Source: Adineta vaga
Lineage: Eukaryota > Animalia > Rotifera
NCBI GenBank assembly: GCA_021613535.1
Contig: CP075493.1
Location: forward strand, 15,624,001-15,688,000
Direction of reading: 5' to 3'
DNA: 64,000 nt
A program made the position numbers and the translations under genes. Positions within the stretch are counted from its first letter, which is position 1; every line of letters begins with the position of its first letter. Shown here piece by piece: positions 47,700-59,572 of the stretch. The notes beneath the pieces are model-generated. The model saw only the letters and a program-made list of their open reading frames with translations, was not told the origin of the DNA and did no database searches.

Positions 47700-49600
47700 T
47701 CATGTCCAAGTTGATTACAACGACTACAGGCAAAGGATGGAAGTTCATTTGATATAAGATCAATGTGATCGGCTGATTGAGGGAGATCAATAACATTAAC
47801 AGCAGGTTGCCGAAGAGGCATTGTATTGTTCGTATTGGAGTTTGTCATAAGAGGGCTAGGACTACTACTAGAAATATACGTCGGAGCTGGATTACGTGGT
47901 TGAGTTTGTTGTGAAAAAGTGGGAGTAGGAGTCGACCGATTTTGTGATGATGGAGCTGATGAATTAGAAAAATTTCTCGATTGAGAAGGGAAATTTCTGG
48001 ATTGAGAAGGAAAATTTCGTCGTTGAGGCGAAAAGTTTCGACTGTTCGAACCTTGGTTTCTATTGTTAGAGTTGCGGAAATTTGTATAGGAGTAGGTATT
48101 CTGGGAAGCAGAATATGAAGGAACGATAGATATAGGTGTGGATTGTGAGAACGAATCATGAGGTACGCCAAGAGCGTTAGGAAAAGTTAAATTTGATAAT
48201 TGCATAAGTTCTTCAGCTTCTTTCGCAAAGTCAAGAAATTCACTTGTTGATTGAGGTTTTTTCTTGCGTACTTCGTATTGAATAGAAGGTTTAGCTTTAT
48301 TTAAAAGGTTTTTGAGTTTCGTAGCTTCACTCATTGTCGGGTCAGCTTCTTTACAAAGTTTCAATACTTCATTGACGAAGCTACGAATCGATTGATTTTC
48401 AGTTTGAGAATATGACTCTAACTTTTTGAAAGCGAGTTCTTCATGAAAAGATGAAGTGAATGCTCGTTTCAATTCTGTAACAAAAAGAATCCAAGAAGTA
48501 AATGATGAACGATTATTCTTAAACCAATCTAATGCATCACCGCGTAAGGAATAAGAAATTAGGTCTAGACGAATAGATTCGGGTAAATGTGCTAAATCAA
48601 AGAGATGTTCAATGTTTTCAATCCATTTCTTAACGTCGTCTTTACCACCTTTAAACACTTTAGGATTTTTGATGAAGTCTCCTACAATAGCTTTGCGAAG
48701 ATCATTGAGAGTTTGATCAAGTTCAAAAGTAGAAGAAGCTTGAGAGGAAGTAGTAGAATTCAAAACTGGTTTGCCGTGGACAGGAGCGGTAACATCACGT
48801 TGAACTACTGAAATGGTAGCTGAAGAAATTAATGGATCGAAAGTGTCTGACATAAAGTCAGTTTGAGGCTGAACATGAGAGGATGTAATGGACGTAGAAC
48901 TATTCTTTTCTGGTAAAGTTTCATTCGTGAACCGAACGTGATGATTAGTTTTCGACGATGATGAGGAAATAGACGAAGAATCAAACTCCCTTAACAGAAA
49001 CGCGTAAAAATCATCAAAAGATTTTATAGATGCCCGGCATCGAATATATCGTCGTTTAGCTTCGCTTGCCACTAGAAATGATATGGCAACAAATCGAGCG
49101 TTTCTACCTATGTCAAACTTTTTGAATTTCTCTTCAGTATCATCAAGCCATTGAATGACATCCTCTCGACCTGTATACTGAGTGAAATGCTTTAATATAA
49201 AAACATCAAAAGAATCATCTTCAATCTGTTGATCCTCATTAGAATATGACTTATTTTCAATAGCATCATCAATGTGTAATTTAGCAAATCGACTTGTAAG
49301 ATTACTCTGTGGAGAACAATCTTGTTTACTCGAGACTTCCTGTTTTTGAGATGAAGATCTAGCTTGATCTGATTGAATTAGAGTCTCATCTACAGAAGAA
49401 TTGTTAGTTTCACATTCCTTTGATTGTTGAAGTACCGTGGGTAGCAATGTTAATCTACCCGTTTTGTAAATTGGATGTGATGCATCGTCATCCGTGTTCT
49501 TTGTAGAGGAAAAAACAGGATTAGCATTACATAATTCGGAATCTAATGAGTCACGTGCTTCTGAAGCAAAAAATGATGTGTTGTTCTGAGGTTCTGTCAT
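47675..49600 (-). CDS. gag: Gag
   Basis: Capsid-like PKVFKGGKDDVKKWI...ALDWF; C-terminal CX2CX4HX4C knuckle CSRCNQLGHEASAC. Confidence 0.92.
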   Translation of the reverse strand: MTEPQNNTSFFASEARDSLDSELCNANPVFSSTKNTDDDASHPIYKTGRLTLLPTVLQQSKECETNNSSVDETLIQSDQARSSSQKQEVSSKQDCSPQSNLTSRFAKLHIDDAIENKSYSNEDQQIEDDSFDVFILKHFTQYTGREDVIQWLDDTEEKFKKFDIGRNARFVAISFLVASEAKRRYIRCRASIKSFDDFYAFLLREFDSSSISSSSSKTNHHVRFTNETLPEKNSSTSITSSHVQPQTDFMSDTFDPLISSATISVVQRDVTAPVHGKPVLNSTTSSQASSTFELDQTLNDLRKAIVGDFIKNPKVFKGGKDDVKKWIENIEHLFDLAHLPESIRLDLISYSLRGDALDWFKNNRSSFTSWILFVTELKRAFTSSFHEELAFKKLESYSQTENQSIRSFVNEVLKLCKEADPTMSEATKLKNLLNKAKPSIQYEVRKKKPQSTSEFLDFAKEAEELMQLSNLTFPNALGVPHDSFSQSTPISIVPSYSASQNTYSYTNFRNSNNRNQGSNSRNFSPQRRNFPSQSRNFPSQSRNFSNSSAPSSQNRSTPTPTFSQQTQPRNPAPTYISSSSPSPLMTNSNTNNTMPLRQPAVNVIDLPQSADHIDLISNELPSFACSRCNQLGHEASACSSF

Positions 49601-49901
49601 CGTGTAAATATGTAAGTATGTATTCTTTTATTTTTATTTATTTGTGTTTCTTTTCTAAGAATGAAGAGAAATCGATAATCGTCTCTATATAGAGAAATAA
49701 CTGTATCGTATAGTATATACGTTATGTGAGAAAAGAAAAAGGAGGGAGAGAAAAAAGAAAAAAATAAAGAGATGACGTCAGAAATAAACAGAACGAATAA
49801 TTTCTCGGTCTGAATAACACGCCGTTTAAAGATGTGTATAAATATATTTATGTGTTCGTCTATGTATCAATAGTTACGAACGAACGAAACAGGCTAAAAG
49901 T

Positions 49902-49919
49902 TGCCCAACTTCTCCACCA
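49902..49919 (-). promoter_or_regulatory. Primer-binding site, probably tRNA-Ala
   Basis: TGGTGGAGAAGTTGGGCA, 3 nt from the 5' LTR; complementary to a ...UCUCCACCA tRNA 3' end. Confidence 0.75.
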
Positions 49920-49922
49920 AAA

Positions 49923-50428
49923 TGTGAGTCTCTTATATCAGGGGATGAAGATGAATTTCCAGCTAACGAATATATCGTAAGCTGAACTACTATACGAAAG
50001 TATGATCTGATGTGAAATCAAGAATCACGTCAAATATCCTACCGGAGATGACTGGAATGGATGAGGAGATGAAGAAATGGATGTAGATGAGATGAGGAAA
50101 GATGATAATGGTGTTTTATTGGATGAAATCAAATAAAACACTAAAGAAAATGATAACAAAAGACTGACTAGAGAAAAAGAAAAACAATAATATAAATACA
50201 GATCAGAGATGATCTGAGAAAAAAAAAAGAAAAGAGAAGAAAACAAAGAAGAAATACAATCACAGAAATCATCATGAGAACGGACATGATAATCAACGAA
50301 AACTAAAAGACGACAGGAAAGAAAGAGAAAGAAGATATACATATATATGTGTATATATATGTATAGAAAAGAAAGAAAACAACTATGTAGAAGGTAGCGT
50401 CATGAAGTAATATCCAATGACGCTAACA
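49923..50428 (-). repeat. 5' LTR (506 bp)
   Basis: TGT...ACA ends; intact reference copy for the split 3' LTR. Confidence 0.95.
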
Positions 50429-52630
50429 GGAAATATCGAAAAAGAATTTGTTTTGATCAAATATCGATTTAAAATGATTAAACATTAATTTGGATTCGAA
50501 GGATTTTCGGAGAAAATCATTTGGAAATGTTGTTTGAAGAAATATTTCTAAAATACGATTCTTTTTGCGAATGTTTCGACAAATTCGATGTGATTTCATA
50601 GAAATTCAGTAAAGCTGACGAGTAAAAACAAAGAAAAAAAAAATTGAAATCGGATGGAAAAGTTATTTGAATTTTATTAAATTCGACTTTATTTTGATTG
50701 ATGAAATGATCGAAGATATTATTTTCAAAATGAAAAATATAAAAGAATATTTAACAAATTAAGAATTTAACAGAGAAAAACAACGAACGGATGACGAAAG
50801 AACAGAAAAAATATCCACAGAAATGGAAACGAAGAAAGTCAAATGATTGTAGAGTTGACCGATGAAACGCGTCATTTACGAAAGTAACTGTTATCAGAAA
50901 TATCCTTATTGGCTGTGAATCATTCAAATACCAATATTAATTTGTCTAATTTTTGATCGAAATAATATTAATTCATGATTTACTTTTTATATAAATTAAA
51001 AATCGATGAACATAAAAGGTTTCACAAAATTGTTCTATGGAAAGTTTTCATCAGAGAATTATTCTTAGAAATGAAATAATCAAAACTAAATCTGAAACTA
51101 ATTTAAATATTCTTCTCAATTTTCCAACAATGAACTTATCCGCTGACGAACAAGAAATAACTTGAATTCAAATAAAATATGGCATCATACTTAAGAACCA
51201 AATGTATTGTTCTGAGATCCAATCGATATTGAATAAGATTATGTAAAATAAAAATACATGAAATAAGTAATGTTATTGATGTATTTAATTAATTAATTCA
51301 ATAAAGTAAAACTAATCAACGAAATTTATCAGAACAATAATCGTTGACATTATGATATATAAGAAATGACTGAACTTTTTCTTCGATTATACTTATTCAC
51401 ATGAGAATATTGAATTAACAAACGTTCAAATGTAAAAGATAGTGAAATCCAACAGAAACAATGAATAATTGAAGATACAAATAAATACATTGTAATTAAC
51501 GATAAGTAATTACAAATTGATTATCAAAGATCACAATAGAAGTAAAAATTCCACGAAGAATACTAATAATCAAACATGAAAATGAAAGTATACTATGAGA
51601 TATACACCGAGAATTGCAATTGTTATTATAAAACCAATCAAAGGTTTAATTATTCGATAATTTAGAAAACAATTATCATCTATTATACTCATAAACCATC
51701 AGTTTTGAGAATATTTATCTCTTTCACAAAACAAACTGTTATGGAATATTTCTAACAACATTCCATAAGGAATTGTCCTACATATTTTCTTTCATTCTAC
51801 ACATATACATGTTTTCTTTTGAGGGTGGGTGTTGTAGCCTTCTTCATCCACACGCACACCCTTTTCGTGAGAGATTTTCTAATTCTTGAAGGATGTAGAT
51901 GGACAAATTTTTAAATATATACTACCTGCATGCCAAGACACCATTATCTACATCCTCGCCCTCATCAGAAATCTCAACTCTAACAATACAAAACAGACTT
52001 ATCATGTTCTATATTTTTAATCCCGCAGGGTTTGAGCTGAAACCTTTGTTAATTTAATGAATTCATCAATCGTAACTTTAATATATTTCTACTTTGAAAT
52101 GAATTTTTTTATAATAAAGATAATCAAATGTCATTTTATAAATAAAGTGACATTATCATAATCTCTCTGCGGAAGAAATGTCGTCACTATATCATATTCA
52201 ATTAGATTGTTTATATTTTAAAACGATTTCATTTGCATATTGATCTTAATTATGGTCATTTTTTTATTCTATCCTTTTTAATTTATCAGAATATTTTTCT
52301 AAGTCGCTCAATTGAAATAATACATTGATAAGATCATATTATTTTAAGTTAAACTTAGAAATTATTTCTTCCTTTGTATACTCACTCACTCTGCATAGAG
52401 AATCAAATTCTGCATCGGATGATATGTTTTTCGACATTTTTCGAGAAAATTCCTGAGTTAGAAAATTTAAAATATGATTTTCAATAGAAAAATCTAATTA
52501 ATTACAAAATAAACGTCAAATTTACAATCAGCGTTTAAAACTACACCTACAGTTTCCAAATAATAGTATTTGATAAAACATGTCATACAGTTGCAATGAT
52601 GTTAATTATAGTAATTCATATTTAATATCA

Positions 52631-52697
52631 TCTTAAGTGGATGTGGTTATCGTATGAGTATCATAATCAGATGCACACTCACACCTACGCCCTCAAG
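52631..52697. repeat. Degenerate copy of the GGGTG/CACCC MITE
   Basis: tcttaagtggatgtgg...cacacctacgccctcaag. Confidence 0.4.
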
Positions 52698-52883
52698 ATT
52701 TGATAAATAATTCGAATATAATCAACTGTTGAATTGACGAATCAAGTCAAGTCATATATTCAAAAAAAAAGTAGATCTTTCGGATTCTTTTCAGAAAACT
52801 AATTGTTTCTTTCTTTTGTGTCACTGATTATCCAGTTCGAAAACACAAAGAGCTCACTTTCAGCCAAAATAGTGTCATTTGAA

Positions 52884-54290
52884 TTAGTCATTACCTTGTT
52901 CATTTTCGTTTTCATGAATATCCTCGTCCGGATCAACACCTTGATTTGTCAGATAAGCTTGAAATAAAGTTTCTTGTCCAAGCAATTCATGAGTGATGAT
53001 ATAGCCACGTTGATCCTCTACGTCGGGTAATCCACGAACGGCACGACCGACGAACTGCATAAACTTTTTTAGGCTTACAATATGGCTAAATATGACGGCA
53101 ACTGCTATTTGTGGATTATCATAACCTTCGCTCAGCATTTTGTTTACAATTGCGACACGATATTGACCATTTTTAAAATTCTTTATGTTATTCTCATAAC
53201 CAATTTGATCCATATTTATGATAGTGCATGTTAATCCGATATTAATAAAACTTTGTTGTACTATATTTGGCAGCTGTGACCCACGACATATTGCTAATGC
53301 CTGACGAAAAACGCCGTCATTGGGAAACTGATCTAGAACGTTTTTAACTTCTTCAACCACTGAGTTAATAAAAGCTTGAGTATGCGAAACTCGATTTCGG
53401 AATTTTGATTTATACTTTTGTTGTAATGCTGTCTGGTAGTTCATTGTAACATTTGGCGCACTAATGTTAGATATCTCAGCAATCTGAATGTTTCCTTGAG
53501 TATCGATTTTAGGTGGAACAGAAATAAAATGATCTCTGAAATCCTTAACTAGTCTTGGAATTTGTAATGCATCTGCATAAGTAAATCGAGAAATTGGCGG
53601 TGGAAGAATCCATTGATCTTCACGAAAAGGAGTCGCCGACACGAAAATGCATTTTGCAGAGTTGAAAAAGTTAACCACATTATCCCAGGAGCGAGCAGGA
53701 TAATGATGTGCTTCATCAATTAGAATAAGGTCAAATAATTTCTCTCCACCGGTACATATTTGTGATATTTGTTGCAATCGTTGAATATTAATAACGGTAA
53801 TGGAAAACTGACTGGAAATTCTAGGATCGAATGGAGCTGTATTTGGTGCAACTGTTGGTAGAGGATGATGAGCAGCAATTACTTTTCGTTGTCTGATGAA
53901 AGGTTGTCGAATGTGATCGAGTGTGTCAAATAGTTGATTTCTAATGTTAACATCTGGTGCGATGTATAATACATGACGAGGTCGCTGAGGAAGAGTAAAA
54001 GGAGCACATGCTAAGATACCACTTTTGCCGCAACCCGTATGAATATCTAACAAGACTCTGCGGTCACTATTTGTCCAATTATATTTTTGTAGAGCAAGAA
54101 CTGCATCACGTTGCGGTTTGCGAAGTTCCGCATCAAGCAAGATATCAGCAGCGAAAGGGTTGTTATTTTGTATATAGAGTAACTGATGCTGAAATTCCTG
54201 TTGCTGTTGCTGCGTTTGTTCGACTTGTAGCTGTAGTTTTTGTATCGTATTCATTATTTTATCAGGATCAAAATCCGTATTCGCAGTCAT
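52884..54290 (-). CDS. SF2 (ResIII/DEAH-like) helicase, bacterial-like
   Basis: HTGCGKS, LIDEAHH, SATPFR, MLSEGYD, QFVGRAVR; likely ATG 54290. Confidence 0.85.
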   Translation of the reverse strand: MTANTDFDPDKIMNTIQKLQLQVEQTQQQQQEFQHQLLYIQNNNPFAADILLDAELRKPQRDAVLALQKYNWTNSDRRVLLDIHTGCGKSGILACAPFTLPQRPRHVLYIAPDVNIRNQLFDTLDHIRQPFIRQRKVIAAHHPLPTVAPNTAPFDPRISSQFSITVINIQRLQQISQICTGGEKLFDLILIDEAHHYPARSWDNVVNFFNSAKCIFVSATPFREDQWILPPPISRFTYADALQIPRLVKDFRDHFISVPPKIDTQGNIQIAEISNISAPNVTMNYQTALQQKYKSKFRNRVSHTQAFINSVVEEVKNVLDQFPNDGVFRQALAICRGSQLPNIVQQSFINIGLTCTIINMDQIGYENNIKNFKNGQYRVAIVNKMLSEGYDNPQIAVAVIFSHIVSLKKFMQFVGRAVRGLPDVEDQRGYIITHELLGQETLFQAYLTNQGVDPDEDIHENENEQGND

Positions 54291-55057
54291 TGCTAGTTTA
54301 CTGAAATGGTTGAGATATGTATGAAGACGAGTAGAGAATATTTCAAAGCGTGGAAAATGTGCTATGTTGTGTGGGTGTGGGATGAACAGATTTGTAAATA
54401 TACTAATTAGACCCAAACCCTCATTTCGATCTTTAATGAATATCTTTCTTTCTGTTTGTCTACTTACGTTAGGTGAGAATAACTAATAGTGATAACTGCA
54501 AAATGCTGGTTTTGTTTTTCTCTTAGTGATTCTATTTGGTTGTCGAGTTCTGTTTTTTTTCAAAAGCATACTCGCTAGAATATATAAAAGATAAGAAGTG
54601 CGACAGATACCGAAAGAATAGCAGTTGAAAAGAAAAGATAAACTTATTGTTGTCACCGAAAAAACTTGCACATCTTTATATGTACGCATCCTCAAGAAGC
54701 TTTGTATACTAAGCAATAGCCTATATGACGAGTAGTACTACCAGACACTATATTTCAATATTTTACTCGTTCAGTTTTCAAAGAAATATAGAAGGCAAAC
54801 ATCTTATTTTCATGAATAACACTGAATTCTTTATAACATTAATGGCCATATTTTTAGGTTTTATTACACAAGAACTAAAATGAAATACATCTGCAGATAT
54901 TGTATGTATAAAATCACCACTTTTGTTCTGGAGTCCATTGAAATAGTTTTTTTTGCTCGCCAGATGTTTGCTTTGGTGTCCTTCGATAGTCAAGTTTTAT
55001 GAAGAATAATTCTTTTTTACTTTTATATCAGTGAAAAGAAAAGAATAAACAAAAAAA

Positions 55058-57227
55058 TTAAATAAGAATATTTTTCTCGAGTTTTTCATGAATAATTCGG
55101 TGTTTTCTTTCGAAATAAAGAGAAATAATAAGAATAAAAAAAGCAATGAGAATTGAAAAAGCACATCCAAGACCAATAAAATTCGCTTGAAATCGATTTT
55201 GTAAATGACCTGAAAGAAATGATCCAAATAAATCGGATAAATTTACCATTGACATATACGTTGTAAATTGTGATCCTTTGATTTTCGAAAAAAAAAAACA
55301 AATTTCTTCAAATGAAAATCATTATTTTACCTTCAATATGTTGATGACATAAAGACATAAGAACAGGCATTGATGCCGATGATAATAATGGATCCATCAT
55401 ACTCCATAGAATAAGAACTATAGTTGCAATGGATTTTTTATACCAAAATGAAGTAATTAAATTCACAGTAAACATATATATTCCATGAATAATAACAACA
55501 ACAATTAGCAAACGACGTGATCCAATTCGATCAGATAAATAACCAGTTAGAAGAACAACAAGAATAACAATTAATGTTCCCCATGTTCCTGATAGAATTG
55601 AAACTGATGTGTCTGACCAATGTAAAACTTTAATTAAATGAACTAAAAAGAAAAACCAAACATTGATTTTATTTCTAACAATTGAATATCTCTACTATTA
55701 TAAGCACGAATAAATATTGATTGAGATAAATAAACAATTAAAATAGGACAAACTAATCGAATAGATTCTTTAGAAAATAAACTTCGAAATAATTCGTGAA
55801 ATAATTTTCCTATTGAATAATTCATTGTTTGTTGATAAATATCTTTTCGAGATTTTCTTTTTTTTGAACATGGAAATAATTGATCATCCGATTTTTCTTT
55901 TATAAAAAATGTTAATAAAGTAAATAAAAATAGAACAATCGAATTTATTAATGCCGCTTGAAAATAACCAATATTTCTTAATATCCATGATAAACCAGCT
56001 GAACCAATTGATGAACCAATCAAAAATCCTGCACGCATAAAACTATTCAATTTTCCGCGTTCATCTTTCCTAATCATTGTTATTGCTTGAGCATCAACAC
56101 TTGCGTCTTGTATTGATGCAAAGATTGAATGTATAAAAAATGCAATTACTAATGTTTTTAAAGATTTCGTTACGGGATCGTGAACAAATAATAAACCAAA
56201 TGATGCAAATAGTGCACAAATTTGAGAAAAGATTATCCAAGGACGACGACGACCCATGGAAGATGATTGATAACGATCTTTAGAAAAATAATTTCGAATT
56301 TTCTTAAGAAAAATTTCCTCATACCAATCAGTGGACCCCAAACAAATTGAAGAATCTAAATAAAAACAATTGTTTCTGTTAAATTAACTTCTAAAATGAC
56401 AAGACAAACCCATGGTAAACCAGACAGTGATATAAATGTTCCAATAGTTGATGATTTTTCACCTTCAGCTAAAACAATTTCAAAATAATTTCGTTAGACT
56501 ATCGTCTTTACACGTACTTACCTGTTAAATAATTTGCAAGTGCTGTTGAAGAAAATCCGGCGGGAATTCCTTGCATAATATATAAATAAGTAAATGTAAA
56601 ATAACGTAGAAATTGATTTTCTGTTAAATTTAATAAATATTTATGTTTTGTTTTTAATGAAATTGAATTATTAAAATGAGAATATTTTAGTGAATAATTT
56701 TCATTGGAGGAATATCGATAAATGAAATTTGATAAGGTTATTAATAAATATTCATTAGAAAATTCAAGTGATTTCCATTCATGTTCAATGGGATGAAGAT
56801 ATTCAAGAGAATAGGTTGAAGAGAAATGAATTTCAAATAAAGATTCATTAGGTGGATCTTGAATTAACGATCTTTTCTCATTTTTTTTCGAAGAATTTAA
56901 TTCAAGATGATTTTGTAATGTTGATAAAGATGATTTATGTTGAAATTGAAAGATTTTATTTAAATCATTGGATATTAATTGACAGATTTCAAATAAATTT
57001 TGTAAATATAAAAATTGAGATGAATCTTTAATTGATGTTGTTTCATTGAATACAAATGAAGTTTCATTTGATGAATTAAAAAATTGTTCAAGAAAAATTT
57101 GAAAAGATTTCTCATTTTCAATTTGACCATATTTTGTTGAACGTTTTATATAAAAATAACCCAAAGATTTTGCTAAACAAATTTCTTCATTCGAATTTTC
57201 TTTATCCAAATCAATAATTGGTTCCAT
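55058..57227 (-). CDS. AmpG-like MFS permease with an N-terminal degenerate 2OG-Fe(II)-dioxygenase-like region, multi-exon
   Basis: YLYIMQGIPAGF, GRRRPWII, QDASVDA and EGSQFTTYMS (across an intron) are AmpG/PAT-family motifs; N-terminus PIIDL...LGYFYI. Confidence 0.75.
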
Positions 57228-58475
57228 TGATAGTATTTTCTACAGAAAATAAAAACCTATTGAATAATCATTTAAATAATAAGACTGTTTAGACGTTCCA
57301 TCACGTCTTCCAAAAAATATTAATAGACGAAAATTAAACACGATGAGAGAATAATGTACTCTCTAACTCTTATATATATATAGTGTTTATGTAACCATTG
57401 TATACTATATGATGTAAATAGAACGACAGAAAAGGAAAAGAAACCATTATATTACTTATTTCATATGTGACTAGAAATAAATTAATGTCACGTGTTATTG
57501 AATTCGACCGGAATTACATATATGATTCTTTTTCTCTTTTCTTTCGTTCTGTTAAATGGGTATTTAATATTTTGATCTATTGAATAACAAGAAAATTTTC
57601 TTTTTCTTTGTGTACTGTACTGATTTAACTTTTGTCTTGAAATACATGCTTTGATTATTTAAACCAATGAGAAATCAGGATGTAATAGACAGAGAATGTG
57701 GATAGATATTTTCAACTACGTTTTTTTTTTGCAAATTCATGAGTAATACACGTACTAAATGTGAACATATTTTTCAATGAAACTGTTTAAAAAGAACACG
57801 TTGAAAAGAATTCGATTTTTGACTATGTTTTTATCTACGCCGAAACATGCTTATGTTTCTGAAGTGCACTGTCGTTTGAATGAACTTTTGGATTATTTAC
57901 ATCAATTTTCAATTTGTTGCACCGGAATACATCTTTTGCGCAAGTCTCTTTTTTGCTCCAACTCCGTGAAGGAACAGAAAAATAACGTGTATACTTTTCT
58001 TTGATTCATTTTTAATCATATTGTATCAAACTTTGGCCTGTCAAGATCTAGTATGATTTTCCGTTGGATTAGGAATGCATCATTTACATTCAAGATACAT
58101 ATTTATTAGTTCAAATAATTTGACAACTTGAACAGAATTAGATTATCTTCGTCATATTGATTTAAATCAAGAACTCTGAACATATTCTATAACAATGTAG
58201 GATAGTTATATCATTCATTCGATCATCATAAGCAATTCTATCTTTTCGAGATGAAATCTACTGAGAAAAATGAATTCGTACTTTATTAAATTCTTGTCTT
58301 CATTTGTCTATCTTTATTTATCCAGATAAGAAAACATTCCGTTGTTAATGACTGAAAATCTTGAATATTTTCTCGTAACTTTTTTTGATTGATGAATGTT
58401 ACGTGGAGTTTTATTGATTAAAAATAAAATAATGAAGTTCATATTTGAGAATGTAAAAGATGATATCGAATTATT

Positions 58476-58782
58476 TTACGAGATTGTACATGTATTAGGT
58501 TTTGAAGGTCTTGCTGTATCTGGTGGTTTTTCTCTTGATCCTGGTGTTCGCGTTGTTCTTAATGTTGTTGTTCTTAATTTTGATGTTCGTGTTGCTTTTA
58601 TTTTTGTTGCCGATGACATTGTTGTTGTTGTTGTTGTTAATGGTGATAATATTGTTGTTGATGAATCAACTTTCTTCTTTGTAAGTAGTATTGCTGGGAT
58701 TCCAATACCTAATATTAAAATGACACTGGTTATGAAAGTGATTAAAAACCAAATCATTTTTCTTTTCCGATTTCGAACAGAT
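58476..58782 (-). CDS. Exon of a single-pass membrane protein with a Thr-rich stalk
   Basis: TM IWFLITFITSVILILGIGIPAILL followed by poly-Thr; splice-like flanks; full gene model not resolved. Confidence 0.45.
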
Positions 58783-59336
58783 CTAAAATGAGAAATTATT
58801 TCTTATGTACATAATCAAAGAGAAAATCGATTGACAATCTATATCTTTGAAACGAAATTTGATTATTTTTGAAAACTTCATTGAACATCTAATTTCAGAT
58901 TTTCGAAATAACTTACGATAGTCTCGGTTGATTAGTTGAGATTTCTTCTTGTAATGATGGATTTGAAATAGTCTAAAAGAAAATCAAATGAAATTCAACA
59001 ATATCCGGGAGTTTTTTTTCTGAAATATTTTTTACATTACAAATATTGATTTTGTTATTGGTACAATTCATTGCTAAATCAAAGAGAAAAATTCTTGCTT
59101 TACTTTCAACAATTGAATTCTGTAATATTTTTTCTTCAATTAGATAAAACTATTCTTGAAATAGATCAAAACGTTGATTACATCATTACTCAACTTCCCA
59201 CAGAGTGTTTATTAGTAAGAGGAAAATTCATTCGACAAATCATCAATCATTTCTTTCTCTTTATTAACAAACCAAATATAGAATTCTCTAAAAACTACAG
59301 TAGAAGTTTATCGACAATGAATTGAAATGTTATTCA

Positions 59337-59572
59337 TTAAGTTTTGATGACACACGTTCTGGATGTAAAGTAATACTATTGGCAGATTCGTATTGAGTCC
59401 ATTTACCAGCATCATGATAGAAAACATAATTATTATCAACAACAGCGAAAAGATAAGGACCTTGAAAACTAATTGTTCGATAATAAATTGCATCCGGTCG
59501 ACAACTTTCTCCAGTTCGACTGAATTGATATTTGAGATCATGCCATGAAGATTCAACACCTGTAGCACATCT
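59337..59572 (-). CDS. Probable terminal exon of an unknown protein
   Basis: After acceptor ttag: RCATGVESSWHDLKYQFSRTGESCRPDAIYYRTISFQGPYLFAVVDNNYVFYHDAGKWTQYESANSYFTSRTCVIKT*. Confidence 0.4.

Larger units (their letters stand above)
29138..50428 (-). mobile_element. Ty3/gypsy LTR retrotransposon with its 3' LTR interrupted by a DNA transposon
   Basis: TG...CA LTRs, 5-bp TSD GGAAA (29133-29137, 50429-50433), PBS, PPT, gag, pol in PR-RT-RH-IN order, ORF3. Confidence 0.96.

Noticed and set aside
51300-51760. Minus-strand hydrophobic coding-like stretch
   Set aside because: Multiple stops and no recognisable family; at best an unassignable relic.
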